A stretch of 59,535 nt of DNA, counting the filler, from Nitrospinae bacterium RIFCSPLOWO2_12_FULL_45_22 (lineage in GTDB: Bacteria; 2-12-FULL-45-22): the NCBI GenBank assembly GCA_001803565.1. It is 6 parts of 6 records of this genome, joined end to end, with 100 filler letters (N's around TTAATTAATTAA, not from the genome) between each part and the next. Parts side by side here need not be neighbours in the genome. Positions count along the whole stretch, not along the records: positions 6,079 to 23,296 come from MHDQ01000242.1; 5 more parts are not named here. One strand, written 5' to 3'. Within the stretch, counting starts at the first letter, position 1. Each line of letters opens with the position of its first letter. A program made the position numbers and the translations under genes. The notes under the pieces were generated by a model. That model was not told where the DNA came from. It ran no database searches and saw only the letters and a list, made by a program, of their open reading frames with translations. Below are positions 10,067 to 20,078 of the stretch, piece after piece.

Positions 10067-10466
10067 TGTGTATCCAAAGCCCTACGAATCTTTAAAGTTA
10101 ATTTCCCTCTAAATTAAATTTAGCATTACCATAGCACAAACCGTGCTTTATGGAAATACAATATTTGCCTTTAAACTATAAATAGGCTATTTTTATCTTA
10201 ATTCCGACATTCGAGAGGTTTTTATTATAGTTGAAGCAACAGTTTAGCCAAATAAAGTATCCCAAAGACTTGCCACGGATAGACACAGATGAACACGGAT
10301 CACCTGGCTAACCCTTCGGGCTTGAGCCCTCAAGGGCGAAGCCTTTCCCTGCCACTAAGGCTCAAAGACACCAATGGCACCTCATTTACTACTCCTTAGT
10401 GCCTTGGTGGCCTAATCTGCGTCTATCTGTGTCCAAGAAGGAAATTCATATACTATCAAGGTAAAT

Positions 10467-11579
10467 ATGGCACAGGAGGCACTAAATAGCTGGGATTTTT
10501 TTAGATCGGTCCTGGATGGAATCCAGGATATGATAAAGATTCTGGATAGAGATTATAAGATTATCTATGCTAATCGGTCAGCCCAGGAATACCTGGGCAA
10601 GCCTTTAGAAGAGTTAATAGGAAGGCATTGCTACCAGGAATATCACCAGTCTCCCCTACCTCCTGAACATTGTGTTACAATGGATACCTATCAGACAGGA
10701 GCCCCTCAAAATTCTGCCTTTACCACTTTAGAGCCTGACGGTTTAGAGAGGCACTGGGAGATAGCTACCTTCCCTTTAAAGGACGATGAGGGAAACGTAA
10801 AATATATTATTGAGATAGTTAAAGATATTACCGAGCGGAAGATACTACGATATCAATTGGTGGAAGCGGAGAGATTAGCCAGTTTAGGCCACCTAGCAGC
10901 AGGAATAGCCCATGAACTCCGCAACCCATTAGTAGCTATTGGCTCAATAACTCAACTCCTGGATGAAGATACTGATGAGAACGACCCCCGTAAAGGAGAT
11001 ATTCAGACCCTTATACGGGAGATAAAGAGGCTGGATAAATTTATCCATGAGTTTTTGGACTTCTCTGCCCCCAAAGGCCCTCACCCCTCCCTTTGTGACC
11101 TGGCAGACCTAATAGAAGATACTCTGGTCCTATTGGATAAGCAGATAAGTTCTAACAAGATAAAGATAATAAAAAAATTTCCCAAAAACGTCCCTAAACT
11201 CCTTTTGGATAAAGACCAAATAAAACAAGTCTTTCTGAATATTATTGTCAATGCTATGGAGGCTATGCCTGATGGAGGAGAGCTAGGGATAACTGTAACT
11301 GCAGCCCCGCCCGGAGTTTATGACCAGTCAACGAAAGACATTAAAGGCAAAAGCCTTTCATCTGCCAAAGGAGTTGTGATAGAATTCCGTGATACCGGCT
11401 GCGGTATCCCACCCGATAAGCTAAAAAAGATTTTTGACCCCTTCTTTTCCTATGGGAAAAAAGGTACGGGCTTAGGACTATCTATATGTCACAAGATTGT
11501 CCAGAGTCATTTAGGAAGGATAGAAGTAGAAAGCCGGGTTAATCAGGGGACCCGGGTAAATATCTGGCTGCCCGTTTAA
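10467..11579 (+). CDS. PAS sensor histidine kinase
   Basis: PAS_4-like N-terminus; AHELRNPL, NAMEAM, DTGCG, GTGLGL. Confidence 0.9.
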   Translation: MAQEALNSWDFFRSVLDGIQDMIKILDRDYKIIYANRSAQEYLGKPLEELIGRHCYQEYHQSPLPPEHCVTMDTYQTGAPQNSAFTTLEPDGLERHWEIATFPLKDDEGNVKYIIEIVKDITERKILRYQLVEAERLASLGHLAAGIAHELRNPLVAIGSITQLLDEDTDENDPRKGDIQTLIREIKRLDKFIHEFLDFSAPKGPHPSLCDLADLIEDTLVLLDKQISSNKIKIIKKFPKNVPKLLLDKDQIKQVFLNIIVNAMEAMPDGGELGITVTAAPPGVYDQSTKDIKGKSLSSAKGVVIEFRDTGCGIPPDKLKKIFDPFFSYGKKGTGLGLSICHKIVQSHLGRIEVESRVNQGTRVNIWLPV

Positions 11580-11892
11580 GTGGGGCGTGCAATTCCACCC
11601 TTCTATCGGTGCGCTATTGCACATATGGGGTTTCCCGGGTTCTTCCCCGCCTGCCAGCGGACAGGTAGCAAAAGACTTAAAATCTAGGTATAATTTTAAT
11701 AGAAATTTAGGTAAAGAGATACTCTTTTAAGAATAAACCACAAAGCCACAAAGAGCACTAAGAGAGGAGTAAAAGGTCATTAGGTGATTTAATTACCTAC
11801 CTGCCTGTGCGTTGCACGCAGACAGGATAACTCAATAACCCAATGACCTACTAACCTAATGATCCAAATTACCTTTGTCTCTTTGTGGCAAC

Positions 11893-12021
11893 GTAACTAT
11901 TCAGGTAGGCACAGAGGCACAGAGAGCCAAAGGCACAAAGTAGGAAAAAAACAATGAAACGACCCTGCTCCGCTCTGCTTTGTGCCTATGTGCCTTTGCC
12001 ACTTTGTGCCTGAGTAGTTAC
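11893..12021. mobile_element. MITE, GTAAC-end family, with 8-bp target site duplication
   Basis: TIRs GTAACTATTCAG / CTGAGTAGTTAC (11/12); GTGGCAAC at 11885-11892 and 12022-12029; interior GGCACA(A/G)AG / CTTTGTGCC palindromic arms. Confidence 0.85.
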
Positions 12022-12057
12022 GTGGCAACAAACTTAACTAAAATGGAGGAATTTTCA

Positions 12058-12282
12058 ATGAGAGAAAGAGTAGAGAAGGCTTTAGAAGAGCTAAGATCTT
12101 TTCTCCAGCAGGATGGTGGCGATGTAGAATTAGTAGATGTGGAAGATGGAGTGGTTAAGGTCAAATTGACTGGGGCATGTGCTGGCTGTCCAGGGGCACA
12201 GATGACCCTTACTATGGGTATAGAGAGGAGACTAAAGGCAGAGGTGCCAGAGGTCACTCAGGTAATAGCAGTGGAAACTTGA
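12058..12282 (+). CDS. NifU C-terminal domain (Nfu) Fe-S carrier protein
   Basis: DGGDVEL, GACAGC; ATG 12058 after GGAGGA. Confidence 0.92.
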   Translation: MRERVEKALEELRSFLQQDGGDVELVDVEDGVVKVKLTGACAGCPGAQMTLTMGIERRLKAEVPEVTQVIAVET

Positions 12283-12523
12283 TAGCATAGGAATTTCCTT
12301 TTTAATAACCCGGTTTTTCAGTATGCTTGTGGTGAGCGAAGCGAATCCATCAATTCCGAAAGGGCAAGGCTTGTCCTGAGTGAAGCGAAAGAAAGGGAGA
12401 AGCAAAGCAGGTAAGATAAACCACAAAGCCACAAAGAACACTAAGCAATTTAGTTAAGAGTAAGGAGTAAATAGTTACTCCTTACTGCTAACGGCTTACT
12501 GCTCACTTTTATCTGGAGGTAAG

Positions 12524-12871
12524 ATGGGGAAGAAGAGTCTTGTTTTAGTTTTCCTGGCGGTTATTCTGCTCTATCCAATATCCATAACAGCACCCCAAGA
12601 ACCTCCCGACAAACTCTTCCTGGAAAAATGTGCCCCTTGTCATGGCCCTCAGGGTAAAGGCGATGGCCCAGCGGCTACTGCTTTAAACCCTAAACCGCGA
12701 GATTTTACCTCCGGCCAATGGAAGTTTGGTGGTAGCAAGGAGCAAATAATAAAGACTATTACTGGGGGGGTTCCGGGGACAGCTATGCCAGCCTGGAAAG
12801 CTTCTTTATCGCCCGAACAGATAGGGCAATTAGCTGGCTATATCCTTACTCTCTCCCAAAAAGCCAACTAG
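12524..12871 (+). CDS. Monoheme c-type cytochrome
   Basis: Signal peptide, CAPCH heme motif, GDGP, GTAMP distal Met. Confidence 0.9.
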   Translation: MGKKSLVLVFLAVILLYPISITAPQEPPDKLFLEKCAPCHGPQGKGDGPAATALNPKPRDFTSGQWKFGGSKEQIIKTITGGVPGTAMPAWKASLSPEQIGQLAGYILTLSQKAN

Positions 12872-12968
12872 AATAATCCTCTGATTCCGGGTGGTATGAA
12901 TATTGCTTCTATTAGTAACAGAATAACAGCAAATTAAGATTAGCCATATTTTTTTGAGGAGGTATGCT

Positions 12969-13214
12969 ATGACTACAGAGCAACAAAGTACTCTTATATG
13001 CAGGAGCTGTGGTAAACAATCCAGTGATAGGGGACATCTGTGTGACCCGGTATCGGTAGAGAAGTTGTGCTGCAATTATTGTGGCGGTCAATTCCATGAT
13101 GTGCGATACCATATATGTCGGGAGGCGATGAAGCATATAGAATATGTTTGTAGTAAATGTGGCAGGGTATCGGTAGATAACGCTACTATATGTTATCCCG
13201 AAAAGATCCAATAA
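12969..13214 (+). CDS. Small Cys/His-rich putative metal-binding protein
   Basis: GAGGAGG RBS; three CxxCG units each followed by (H)xC. Confidence 0.75.
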   Translation: MTTEQQSTLICRSCGKQSSDRGHLCDPVSVEKLCCNYCGGQFHDVRYHICREAMKHIEYVCSKCGRVSVDNATICYPEKIQ

Positions 13215-13395
13215 TTAACTCCATAAGTAGAATGATCTAAATTCAAAACAGTTGACTATTTGGGCCTTGGATTTAGATATTGTTTAAGATTTAGGATTTC
13301 GAATTTAGGGTTTATTTTATTGCCCTTTTTGGGCGCAGATGAACGCAGCAAAAGATGCATGAATCTGCGTAAATCTGCGTCCCAAATAGAGAGTC

Positions 13396-15111
13396 ATGGC
13401 TCAATTAGACCAAATATTGTGGCAGGAATGGGGAGAAGAGGCCTTTAATAAAGCTAAGGCCGAAGATAAGCCTATACTATTAGCCATTGGTGCGGTATGG
13501 TGCCACTGGTGCCATGTAATGGATCAAACCTCCTATTCCGACCCAGCGGTTATAGAGCTAATAAACAACGAATTTGTCCCTATCAGGGTAGATAATGATA
13601 GACGGCCAGATATAAATGAGCGCTATAACCTGGGTGGGTGGCCTACTACGGCCATTTTAACCCCTGAAGGGCATCTGCTTAGCGGAGGAACTTATATACC
13701 CCCGGCTCAACTCCAGCAACTGCTCCTTCAAGTCGTCCAGGTATATCACCAGCGAAGGGTAGATCTCTATGCCCAAATTCTGCAGCAAACTCAACTAGAA
13801 GATATTGTTCCCCGTTATCATCCCGGCCAGGATGGTATTATAGATACATCATTCCTTAAAGCTGGCTTAAGGAAGTTGGAGGAGGCCTTCGATCCGTTTC
13901 ATGGTGGTTTTGGCCGGGAGCCCAAGTTTCCTAACCTGGATGCCCTTACCCTGGCCCTGTACCATTATTTTTTGACCGGAGATGATGTATTTGGCCAGAT
14001 AGTCTTCACCAGCCTGGATAAAATGGGCTGGAGCGGTATGTATGACCAGGAAGAAGGGGGGTTTTTCCGCTATTCTACTAGCCGGAATTGGGGCATTCCC
14101 CATTTTGAAAAGATGCTAGAAGATAATGCCGGCTTTATAAAGCTCTATCTCGAAGCCTATATGGTTAGCGGCGATAATAAATACCGTGATAAAGCCCAAC
14201 AGATAATTAACTACCTTAAGAATACTTTGTCTAACCCGGAGGCGGGGGGATTTTATGGGAGTCAGGATGCCGATGAGGAGTATTATAAGTTAAACCAGGT
14301 GGACAGACAGCGGGTTTCTGCACCAACGATAGACCGAACTATATATACCAATTGGAACGCCAAGACAATAAGCAGCTACTTATATGCCTATAGCATCCTG
14401 GGAGACCCTTATCTGCGGGATTTTGCCCTGACTACCCTCACTTTTATCCTCACCCATTGCTATACCGAAAGAGGGGTCTTATGCCACTATTTTAAGGAAA
14501 GCCCACAAGTGCCGGGACTCCTCACCGATGCCGTTTATCTAGGCCAGGCCTTGCTAGATAGCTTTCAACTCACTCAAGACAGTGCCTATCTAACCCGGGC
14601 CATTAATCTCGCCCAGACCATAAAAACCAGCTACGCCGACCTTGAAGGCGAAGGTTTTTTTGATACTATTAAGGATGTCGCCAGGTTGGGTTATCTGGCT
14701 AGACCGATCAAGCCCCTGGAGCTTAATGCCACAGCCGTTTTATTCTTCCTGAATCTTTATTCCTTGACCGATGAAGAAGAGTATCACCAGTTGGCAGAAA
14801 AGACCCTCCTGTCCTTCAAACTATCTATTCACCAGCATGGTTTTCTGGCGGTCAGGTATTTCCTGGCGGTGCAAAGATATCTAACCCCCTTGATGAGCAT
14901 CACGGTCGAGGGAGGAGACTCAAGGTTATGGGAAGAGGGCCTTAGGGTGTTTTATCCCTGGAAGGGTATCCGGCATGCGGATCGAGATAAGGATAAGGCA
15001 GTCCCTACCCTCCTTGTTTGCTTAGGTAACAGTTGCTGGGAGCCCATTACTGATCCCCATACTTTAGCCAGGTTGATCAGAGAACGAGTACGCAATGAAC
15101 ACTCTACCTGA
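13396..15111 (+). CDS. Thioredoxin-domain DUF255/YyaL-family protein
   Basis: WCHWCHVM, RRPDI, GGWP, PKFP, PHFEKML. Confidence 0.9.
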   Translation: MAQLDQILWQEWGEEAFNKAKAEDKPILLAIGAVWCHWCHVMDQTSYSDPAVIELINNEFVPIRVDNDRRPDINERYNLGGWPTTAILTPEGHLLSGGTYIPPAQLQQLLLQVVQVYHQRRVDLYAQILQQTQLEDIVPRYHPGQDGIIDTSFLKAGLRKLEEAFDPFHGGFGREPKFPNLDALTLALYHYFLTGDDVFGQIVFTSLDKMGWSGMYDQEEGGFFRYSTSRNWGIPHFEKMLEDNAGFIKLYLEAYMVSGDNKYRDKAQQIINYLKNTLSNPEAGGFYGSQDADEEYYKLNQVDRQRVSAPTIDRTIYTNWNAKTISSYLYAYSILGDPYLRDFALTTLTFILTHCYTERGVLCHYFKESPQVPGLLTDAVYLGQALLDSFQLTQDSAYLTRAINLAQTIKTSYADLEGEGFFDTIKDVARLGYLARPIKPLELNATAVLFFLNLYSLTDEEEYHQLAEKTLLSFKLSIHQHGFLAVRYFLAVQRYLTPLMSITVEGGDSRLWEEGLRVFYPWKGIRHADRDKDKAVPTLLVCLGNSCWEPITDPHTLARLIRERVRNEHST

Positions 15112-16111
15112 GGCTAATTGGAAACATATTATTGATCTGATCAGGCGAGGGGAGAGGTTCATGCTTACTACCCACATTAATCCCGATGGAGATGCCATTG
15201 GCTCAGAAATGGCCCTCAACTATCTCCTGAAGGGTCTTGGCAAAGAGGTACGGATTATTAATGATAGCCCTCTGCCATATTACTTAACCTTTCTAGACCC
15301 TAATAGCGAGATAGAGACCCTGGCTAATACCCCCACTGTACCCCTAAAACTACCATCCCTGGATGGCATATTTATTCTGGATATCAGTGACTGGCAGAGG
15401 CTCGGCAGGCTAAAAGAGATGGTTAAAGATAGCCCGGCCCTGAAAATCTGCCTGGATCATCACCCCGCCCAGGATAGGCCGGGTGATATAAATATGGTAG
15501 ATGAGGGGGCGTCTAATACTGGCATATTAATATTTGAGCTTATAAACCGCTTAGAGGTCAAGCTAACCAAGCCCATGGCTGAAGCCCTCTATGTTTCTCT
15601 CTTGACCGATACCGGTTCTTTCCGCTTTTCTAATACTAATGCTAAGGCCCATGAAATGGCAGCCCAATTAATAAGAGCCGGGGTAGTAAGTCATGAGATA
15701 TATTCTAAGGTTTATGAGCAGGGATCCTGGGATAGGATGAGACTCCTGGGCAAACTCCTCTCCTCTATTGAATCGTGTTGCCAAAATAAGGTAGCATATC
15801 TCGCGGTTACCCAGGAGCTATTAAACACCTATCATGTACACCCCGATGAGGTAGAGGGTTTTGTCGAATTCCCCCGGGTTATCGAAGGGGTGGAGGTAGT
15901 TATCCTGTTCCAGGAGATAGGCCAGGAAAAGACCAGGATCAGCCTCCGCTCTAAAGGGAAAGTAAATGTTCAAGAGATAGCCCATATATTTGGCGGTGGC
16001 GGCCATCCTTATGCTTCGGGTATCAGGCTAGATAAGTCTTTGCCAGAGTCCATTTGCTCTCTACTGGGAGTGCTTGAAGAAAAATTATATGGATTGAGAA
16101 GTGAGCAGTAA
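15095..16111 (+). CDS. nrnA: DHH/DHHA1 oligoribonuclease / PAP phosphatase
   Basis: HINPDGDAIGS, DHH, TDTGSF, SLRS, GGGH. Confidence 0.9.
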   Translation: MNTLPEANWKHIIDLIRRGERFMLTTHINPDGDAIGSEMALNYLLKGLGKEVRIINDSPLPYYLTFLDPNSEIETLANTPTVPLKLPSLDGIFILDISDWQRLGRLKEMVKDSPALKICLDHHPAQDRPGDINMVDEGASNTGILIFELINRLEVKLTKPMAEALYVSLLTDTGSFRFSNTNAKAHEMAAQLIRAGVVSHEIYSKVYEQGSWDRMRLLGKLLSSIESCCQNKVAYLAVTQELLNTYHVHPDEVEGFVEFPRVIEGVEVVILFQEIGQEKTRISLRSKGKVNVQEIAHIFGGGGHPYASGIRLDKSLPESICSLLGVLEEKLYGLRSEQ

Positions 16112-16161
16112 GCAGTTACCTGCTCACTTACTCACTCCTTACTGCGAACTGGGTAAAAGAT

Positions 16162-17004
16162 ATGCTCTTAGGTGCCCATGTATCTATTTCCGGGGGGATT
16201 TTTTATGCTCCACTGCGGGGTCAAGAGATCGGTTGCAATACTATCCAGATATTCACCAAGAATGCTAACCAGTGGAAGGCCAGAAGAATCTTACCTGATG
16301 AGATAGAAAAATTTCAAGAAAGCCGAACTAGCGCCAATATTTCACCTGTAGTAGCCCATGACTCTTACCTGATAAATCTAGCCTCACCCGATAGCGAACA
16401 ATGGGAAAAATCTCTACAAGCCTTCCTGGAGGAGATGGAAAGAGCAGAGTCTCTGAAGATACCCTATCTAGTTACCCATCCTGGCGCCCATAAAGACGCC
16501 GGAGAAGAAGGGGGCCTCAGAAAACTAATAGAAAGCTTCAATATCTTGCACCGAAAGACCAAGGGCTTCCAACTAAAGATCCTTTTAGAAACTACTGCCG
16601 GCCAGGGCAGTGCCCTGGGTTACCGCTTCGAACATATAGCCCAGATAATAAAGTCTCTGGAAGAACCTCACCGGATGGGGGTATGTTTCGATACTTGTCA
16701 TGCCTATGCGGCTGGTTATAATATAAAAGAGGAAAAGGGTTATTATCAAACCTGGGAGAATTTTGACCGGCTTATTGGCCTACCACAGCTCAAGGTCATC
16801 CACCTTAATGACTCCAAGAAGGGGTTAGGGAGCCGTATAGACCGGCATGAACATATAGGCAAAGGGGTCCTGGGCTTAGAATTGTTTAAACGCCTGTTGC
16901 ATGATCAGCGATTCCAAAATATATCTATGATTTTAGAAACCCCAGGGGGCCAACCGGAAGATAAGATGAATCTGGATACCCTTAATGCCTTGCTCAATAA
17001 TTAA
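16162..17004 (+). CDS. nfo: Endonuclease IV
   Basis: GAHVS, HDSYLINL, HPG, ETTAGQG, DTCH, HLNDS, DRHEHIG, LETP. Confidence 0.95.
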   Translation: MLLGAHVSISGGIFYAPLRGQEIGCNTIQIFTKNANQWKARRILPDEIEKFQESRTSANISPVVAHDSYLINLASPDSEQWEKSLQAFLEEMERAESLKIPYLVTHPGAHKDAGEEGGLRKLIESFNILHRKTKGFQLKILLETTAGQGSALGYRFEHIAQIIKSLEEPHRMGVCFDTCHAYAAGYNIKEEKGYYQTWENFDRLIGLPQLKVIHLNDSKKGLGSRIDRHEHIGKGVLGLELFKRLLHDQRFQNISMILETPGGQPEDKMNLDTLNALLNN

Positions 17005-17181
17005 ACGGAATTATTCATCACTGCAGAAACGCAAAGCCGCAAAGGACACAAAAAGGCATAAGGCGATAACTCCTCATCCCCTTACCCCTAACTCCTCACT
17101 CCTTACGATGTGGATATCTTTGCGTCTTTGCGGTTGTTATTATGAATAATGCTCGAAAAAATTTAGGCAAAAACCCGGGCC

Positions 17182-18246
17182 TTATGCGAGATATTTCTCC
17201 TGGGCCTCGGGGTTGAGCCAACATTTTGGGTCTGGACCAGCTAGATCACCGGTATAATGCAGGGCCGCCGCACGACAACCCACGCAAATATCATTATTCT
17301 CACACTGGGCGCACTTACCTTTTACCGAGATATCTCGCATGGAGATGGTCTCTTTATGCTGCTGGTAGATATCATAGAAGCGCTGCTGATAAACGTTACC
17401 TGAAGCCATCTCCCGGGGCATCTGGCCACAGCGCATGACCAAACCATCTACCGTCAGATAGACATTAGTGCGGCACTGAATAGTAGTACATTCCGTAGAG
17501 CCCATCCGAGCCCAGTTGGGGCTATTAAATTTCTTGGCCCGGTACTCAAAAGCCCGTTTTACATCAGAGAGGCTGGGCTCTAACGCACGCTTGATGCTAC
17601 CACTGCCCATGGGCTTAAATACCGACATCTCTACGAATCTTGCCCCCATCTCATCAACATACCAGTCAATAGTTTCCTCAATAGCCTCCGCGGCTGGGCC
17701 GGTCAGGGTGATACAGGGCAGGATGCGCTCCCGGAGAAACCCGGCCTCAAGGAGGTTTTTATATCCTTGTATTCGAGCGGAGAGTTCTTTGGGATTAGAA
17801 TGGAGCCGGGCAAAGACTTCGGGGTTGATACTATCTATATGGATACCAAAGACATTGAGATACCTCTTCTGATAAGCTTCTACCACCTTCTTGCTCATAG
17901 ACCTGGTTAGGGGTAAACCACCAGAAAATGCCCCACAGCCTATACCAACATGAGAGGCATAGGCCAGGATCTCAAAAAAATCTGGGTGCAACAAGGACTC
18001 CCCACCATCCCAATAAATCTGACAAAAACCCAGAGTAGCCAGGTCATCCAATACCTCAAATACCTTTTCCTTTGGCATATATTGCGGGTTGGGGTTAGCA
18101 TCTGAATTGCTAAAGCAAAACTTACAAGTATGGGGGCATTTAGTAGTCAATTCCCAATCAATATAATAAGGCCGTTTCTCTTTCCAGGCCCGTACTTTCC
18201 TCGGACTGATATATTTATCAAAGATATCTTCCCGATATGTCGCCAT
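17182..18246 (-). CDS. Radical SAM protein with SPASM domain
   Basis: CPHTCKFC (CxxxCxxC), GGES, C-terminal CAQC..ICVGCRA..DPKCW; ATG 18246 with GGAGGGAG. Confidence 0.9.
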   Translation of the reverse strand: MATYREDIFDKYISPRKVRAWKEKRPYYIDWELTTKCPHTCKFCFSNSDANPNPQYMPKEKVFEVLDDLATLGFCQIYWDGGESLLHPDFFEILAYASHVGIGCGAFSGGLPLTRSMSKKVVEAYQKRYLNVFGIHIDSINPEVFARLHSNPKELSARIQGYKNLLEAGFLRERILPCITLTGPAAEAIEETIDWYVDEMGARFVEMSVFKPMGSGSIKRALEPSLSDVKRAFEYRAKKFNSPNWARMGSTECTTIQCRTNVYLTVDGLVMRCGQMPREMASGNVYQQRFYDIYQQHKETISMRDISVKGKCAQCENNDICVGCRAAALHYTGDLAGPDPKCWLNPEAQEKYLA

Positions 18247-18373
18247 AATTCTCCCTCCTAAAATATCTCCTGCCTTAATCAAAGATTTTAATTACCGGGA
18301 ACATAGATTTATGCAACCTTTTACCCATCTTTCTTTGCATCATATCATCCTAATCTTCACCTTATACTCGCTC

Positions 18374-19477
18374 TCATTTCATATCCATCTGCCAGACATA
18401 TTGGGGTGACTCAGGATTCTTCCAGCACTTGGGGTCACTGGCTTCTACATCGCCCAGGTAGCGCCAGGCATTGCCCCGACAGCCAAAACAGACATCATTA
18501 TGCTCGCAATCAGCACACTTTCCCTTTATCTTGATGGTCTTAAAATGGAGCATCTCTTTATTGGGCTCATGGATATCAATAAAGCTCTTCTCATGAATAT
18601 TCCCGGCCGACATATGAGTGAGCCAATTACAGGGTGCAACTTCACCATCAATGTTAATATAGCATTTGTAAATACAATGAATATGTGGGGTATCGAGGGT
18701 AGCAATCCTGAGCCATTCCGGAGAGAGCCTCTTTGCCCGATACTCCATGGCCCGCCGTACCTCATCTAAGCTGGGCTCCCACTCACGTTCCAAATGAGTG
18801 AGAGAGGTTGGCCCCTGTGGCTTATAAGGGAAGAGGAAGACATGGGCAACCTTCATCTCATCCACAAAATAATCTATGGTCTCTTCTATGGCCTCTGCAA
18901 CCGGCTTGGTAAGGGTAGTAGAGACAAAGACCCGGCTAGAAGGGAAACCGGCATCTAATAAACTTTTCCAGTTATCTAACTTCTTTTTTAAGGTTTTCGG
19001 ATGATCATGGATCCTGGCAAAGACCCGCTCATTGGTAGTCTCAATATTGAGGCCTACATATTGCAAGCCCCCCCACTTCACGATCTTTTTGCACATCTGC
19101 TTAGTTAAAGGGATGCCGCTGGTAAAGACGCAGCACTCTATCCCCTTTTCTGCGGCATATTCTGAGGCCTCAAATAGCCAGGGATAAAACAAGGGCTCAC
19201 CACCCTGCCACTCAATGGATACAGTACCTAATTGAGCGGCCTCATCTATGAGATTAAACAGCCGCTCCCTGGGCAGTACCTTTTGGCCTGACGGGGTAGA
19301 ATAATTCCAGCAAAACTTACAACCCCCGGTACAGCGATCCAGGAGCTCAATATCTAAATGCCGGGGGATATTCTCTTCCGCCAGCTTTTTCCTTTTAGGG
19401 TTGAAATAGCTCAAGAAGATATACTCAGAAGACAACTCCTTTTTACCCACAGTCTTTGCTTTCACTACCTGTACCAT
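18374..19477 (-). CDS. Radical SAM protein with SPASM domain (paralog of 17182-18246)
   Basis: CTGGCKFC, GGEP, CADC..VCFGCRG..DPKCW. Confidence 0.9.
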   Translation of the reverse strand: MVQVVKAKTVGKKELSSEYIFLSYFNPKRKKLAEENIPRHLDIELLDRCTGGCKFCWNYSTPSGQKVLPRERLFNLIDEAAQLGTVSIEWQGGEPLFYPWLFEASEYAAEKGIECCVFTSGIPLTKQMCKKIVKWGGLQYVGLNIETTNERVFARIHDHPKTLKKKLDNWKSLLDAGFPSSRVFVSTTLTKPVAEAIEETIDYFVDEMKVAHVFLFPYKPQGPTSLTHLEREWEPSLDEVRRAMEYRAKRLSPEWLRIATLDTPHIHCIYKCYINIDGEVAPCNWLTHMSAGNIHEKSFIDIHEPNKEMLHFKTIKIKGKCADCEHNDVCFGCRGNAWRYLGDVEASDPKCWKNPESPQYVWQMDMK

Positions 19478-19693
19478 TGTTTTCCTACCTCCCTCCGCAA
19501 TTTTACAAAATTGATTCTAAAATCCGAAAAAATTAGCTGATAAATCCGACTTCATGCACTTTATGCTCATTCGGTTTTATTCGTTTTTATTTGTGCTCAT
19601 TCGTGGTTATTTACGCCACTGATAATTTTGTTAAACCATTTTTTCAGAAACAGGTTGAAATAATTATCATTAGCATGTTATATTCAGGCGAAT

Positions 19694-19722
19694 ATTTTAC
19701 CTACCGATAGGTTTAATGTCAA
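19694..19722 (-). promoter_or_regulatory. Putative sigma70 promoter for the radical SAM pair, with a palindromic operator in the spacer
   Basis: Minus strand TTGACA-17 bp-TAAAAT; spacer contains ACCTA-CCGA-TAGGT. Confidence 0.6.
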
Positions 19723-19938
19723 ACATTTTCCTCGGCGCCATTTATTACCTGGAATGACTTACGAATAGGATAGAATGGGATGCCCAGCAGATAAAATGGC
19801 TGGCCGAACTAGAGCTCCGTTATAATATAAACGACCATAAAATTTACCTGCCCGGTAGGTGTTCACTGTGCTGCTGGTGGTGTTACCCTGCACTGGTAGG
19901 AACTGGAAGGGTTCCTGGAGTAAAGAGGCAGATAATAC

Positions 19939-19967
19939 TTGAAGTTAGATTTACCGAGCGGTAGAAT
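19939..19967 (+). promoter_or_regulatory. Putative sigma70 promoter for the SDR/acyl-CoA dehydrogenase operon
   Basis: TTGAAG-17 bp-TAGAAT overlapping TACCG-AG-CGGTA. Confidence 0.5.
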
Positions 19968-20078
19968 AATAAGGATTTTGTGTGCCATCATTTTCAAGAA
20001 GCGGCCACCCAACCCCCGGACGGGAAACAAGTGGGACCGCCTGGTAACTATTCTTAATCGTAATAGGAGGGAAGAGCA

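Noticed and set aside
11980-12057. N-terminal extension MCLCAFATLCLSSY on the Nfu protein
   Set aside because: It is translated MITE sequence; the real start is 12058, after the RBS.
18274-18342. 22-aa minus-strand ORF (MMQRKMGKRL...) between the rSAM genes as a RiPP precursor
   Set aside because: Weak RBS and no leader/core features; consistent with chance.
19716-19964. Possible TGA-readthrough (selenoprotein) or precursor ORF MSNIFLGAIYYLE*LTNRIEWD...
   Set aside because: No RBS, SECIS or redox motif; overlaps both predicted promoters. At most a decayed gene fragment.
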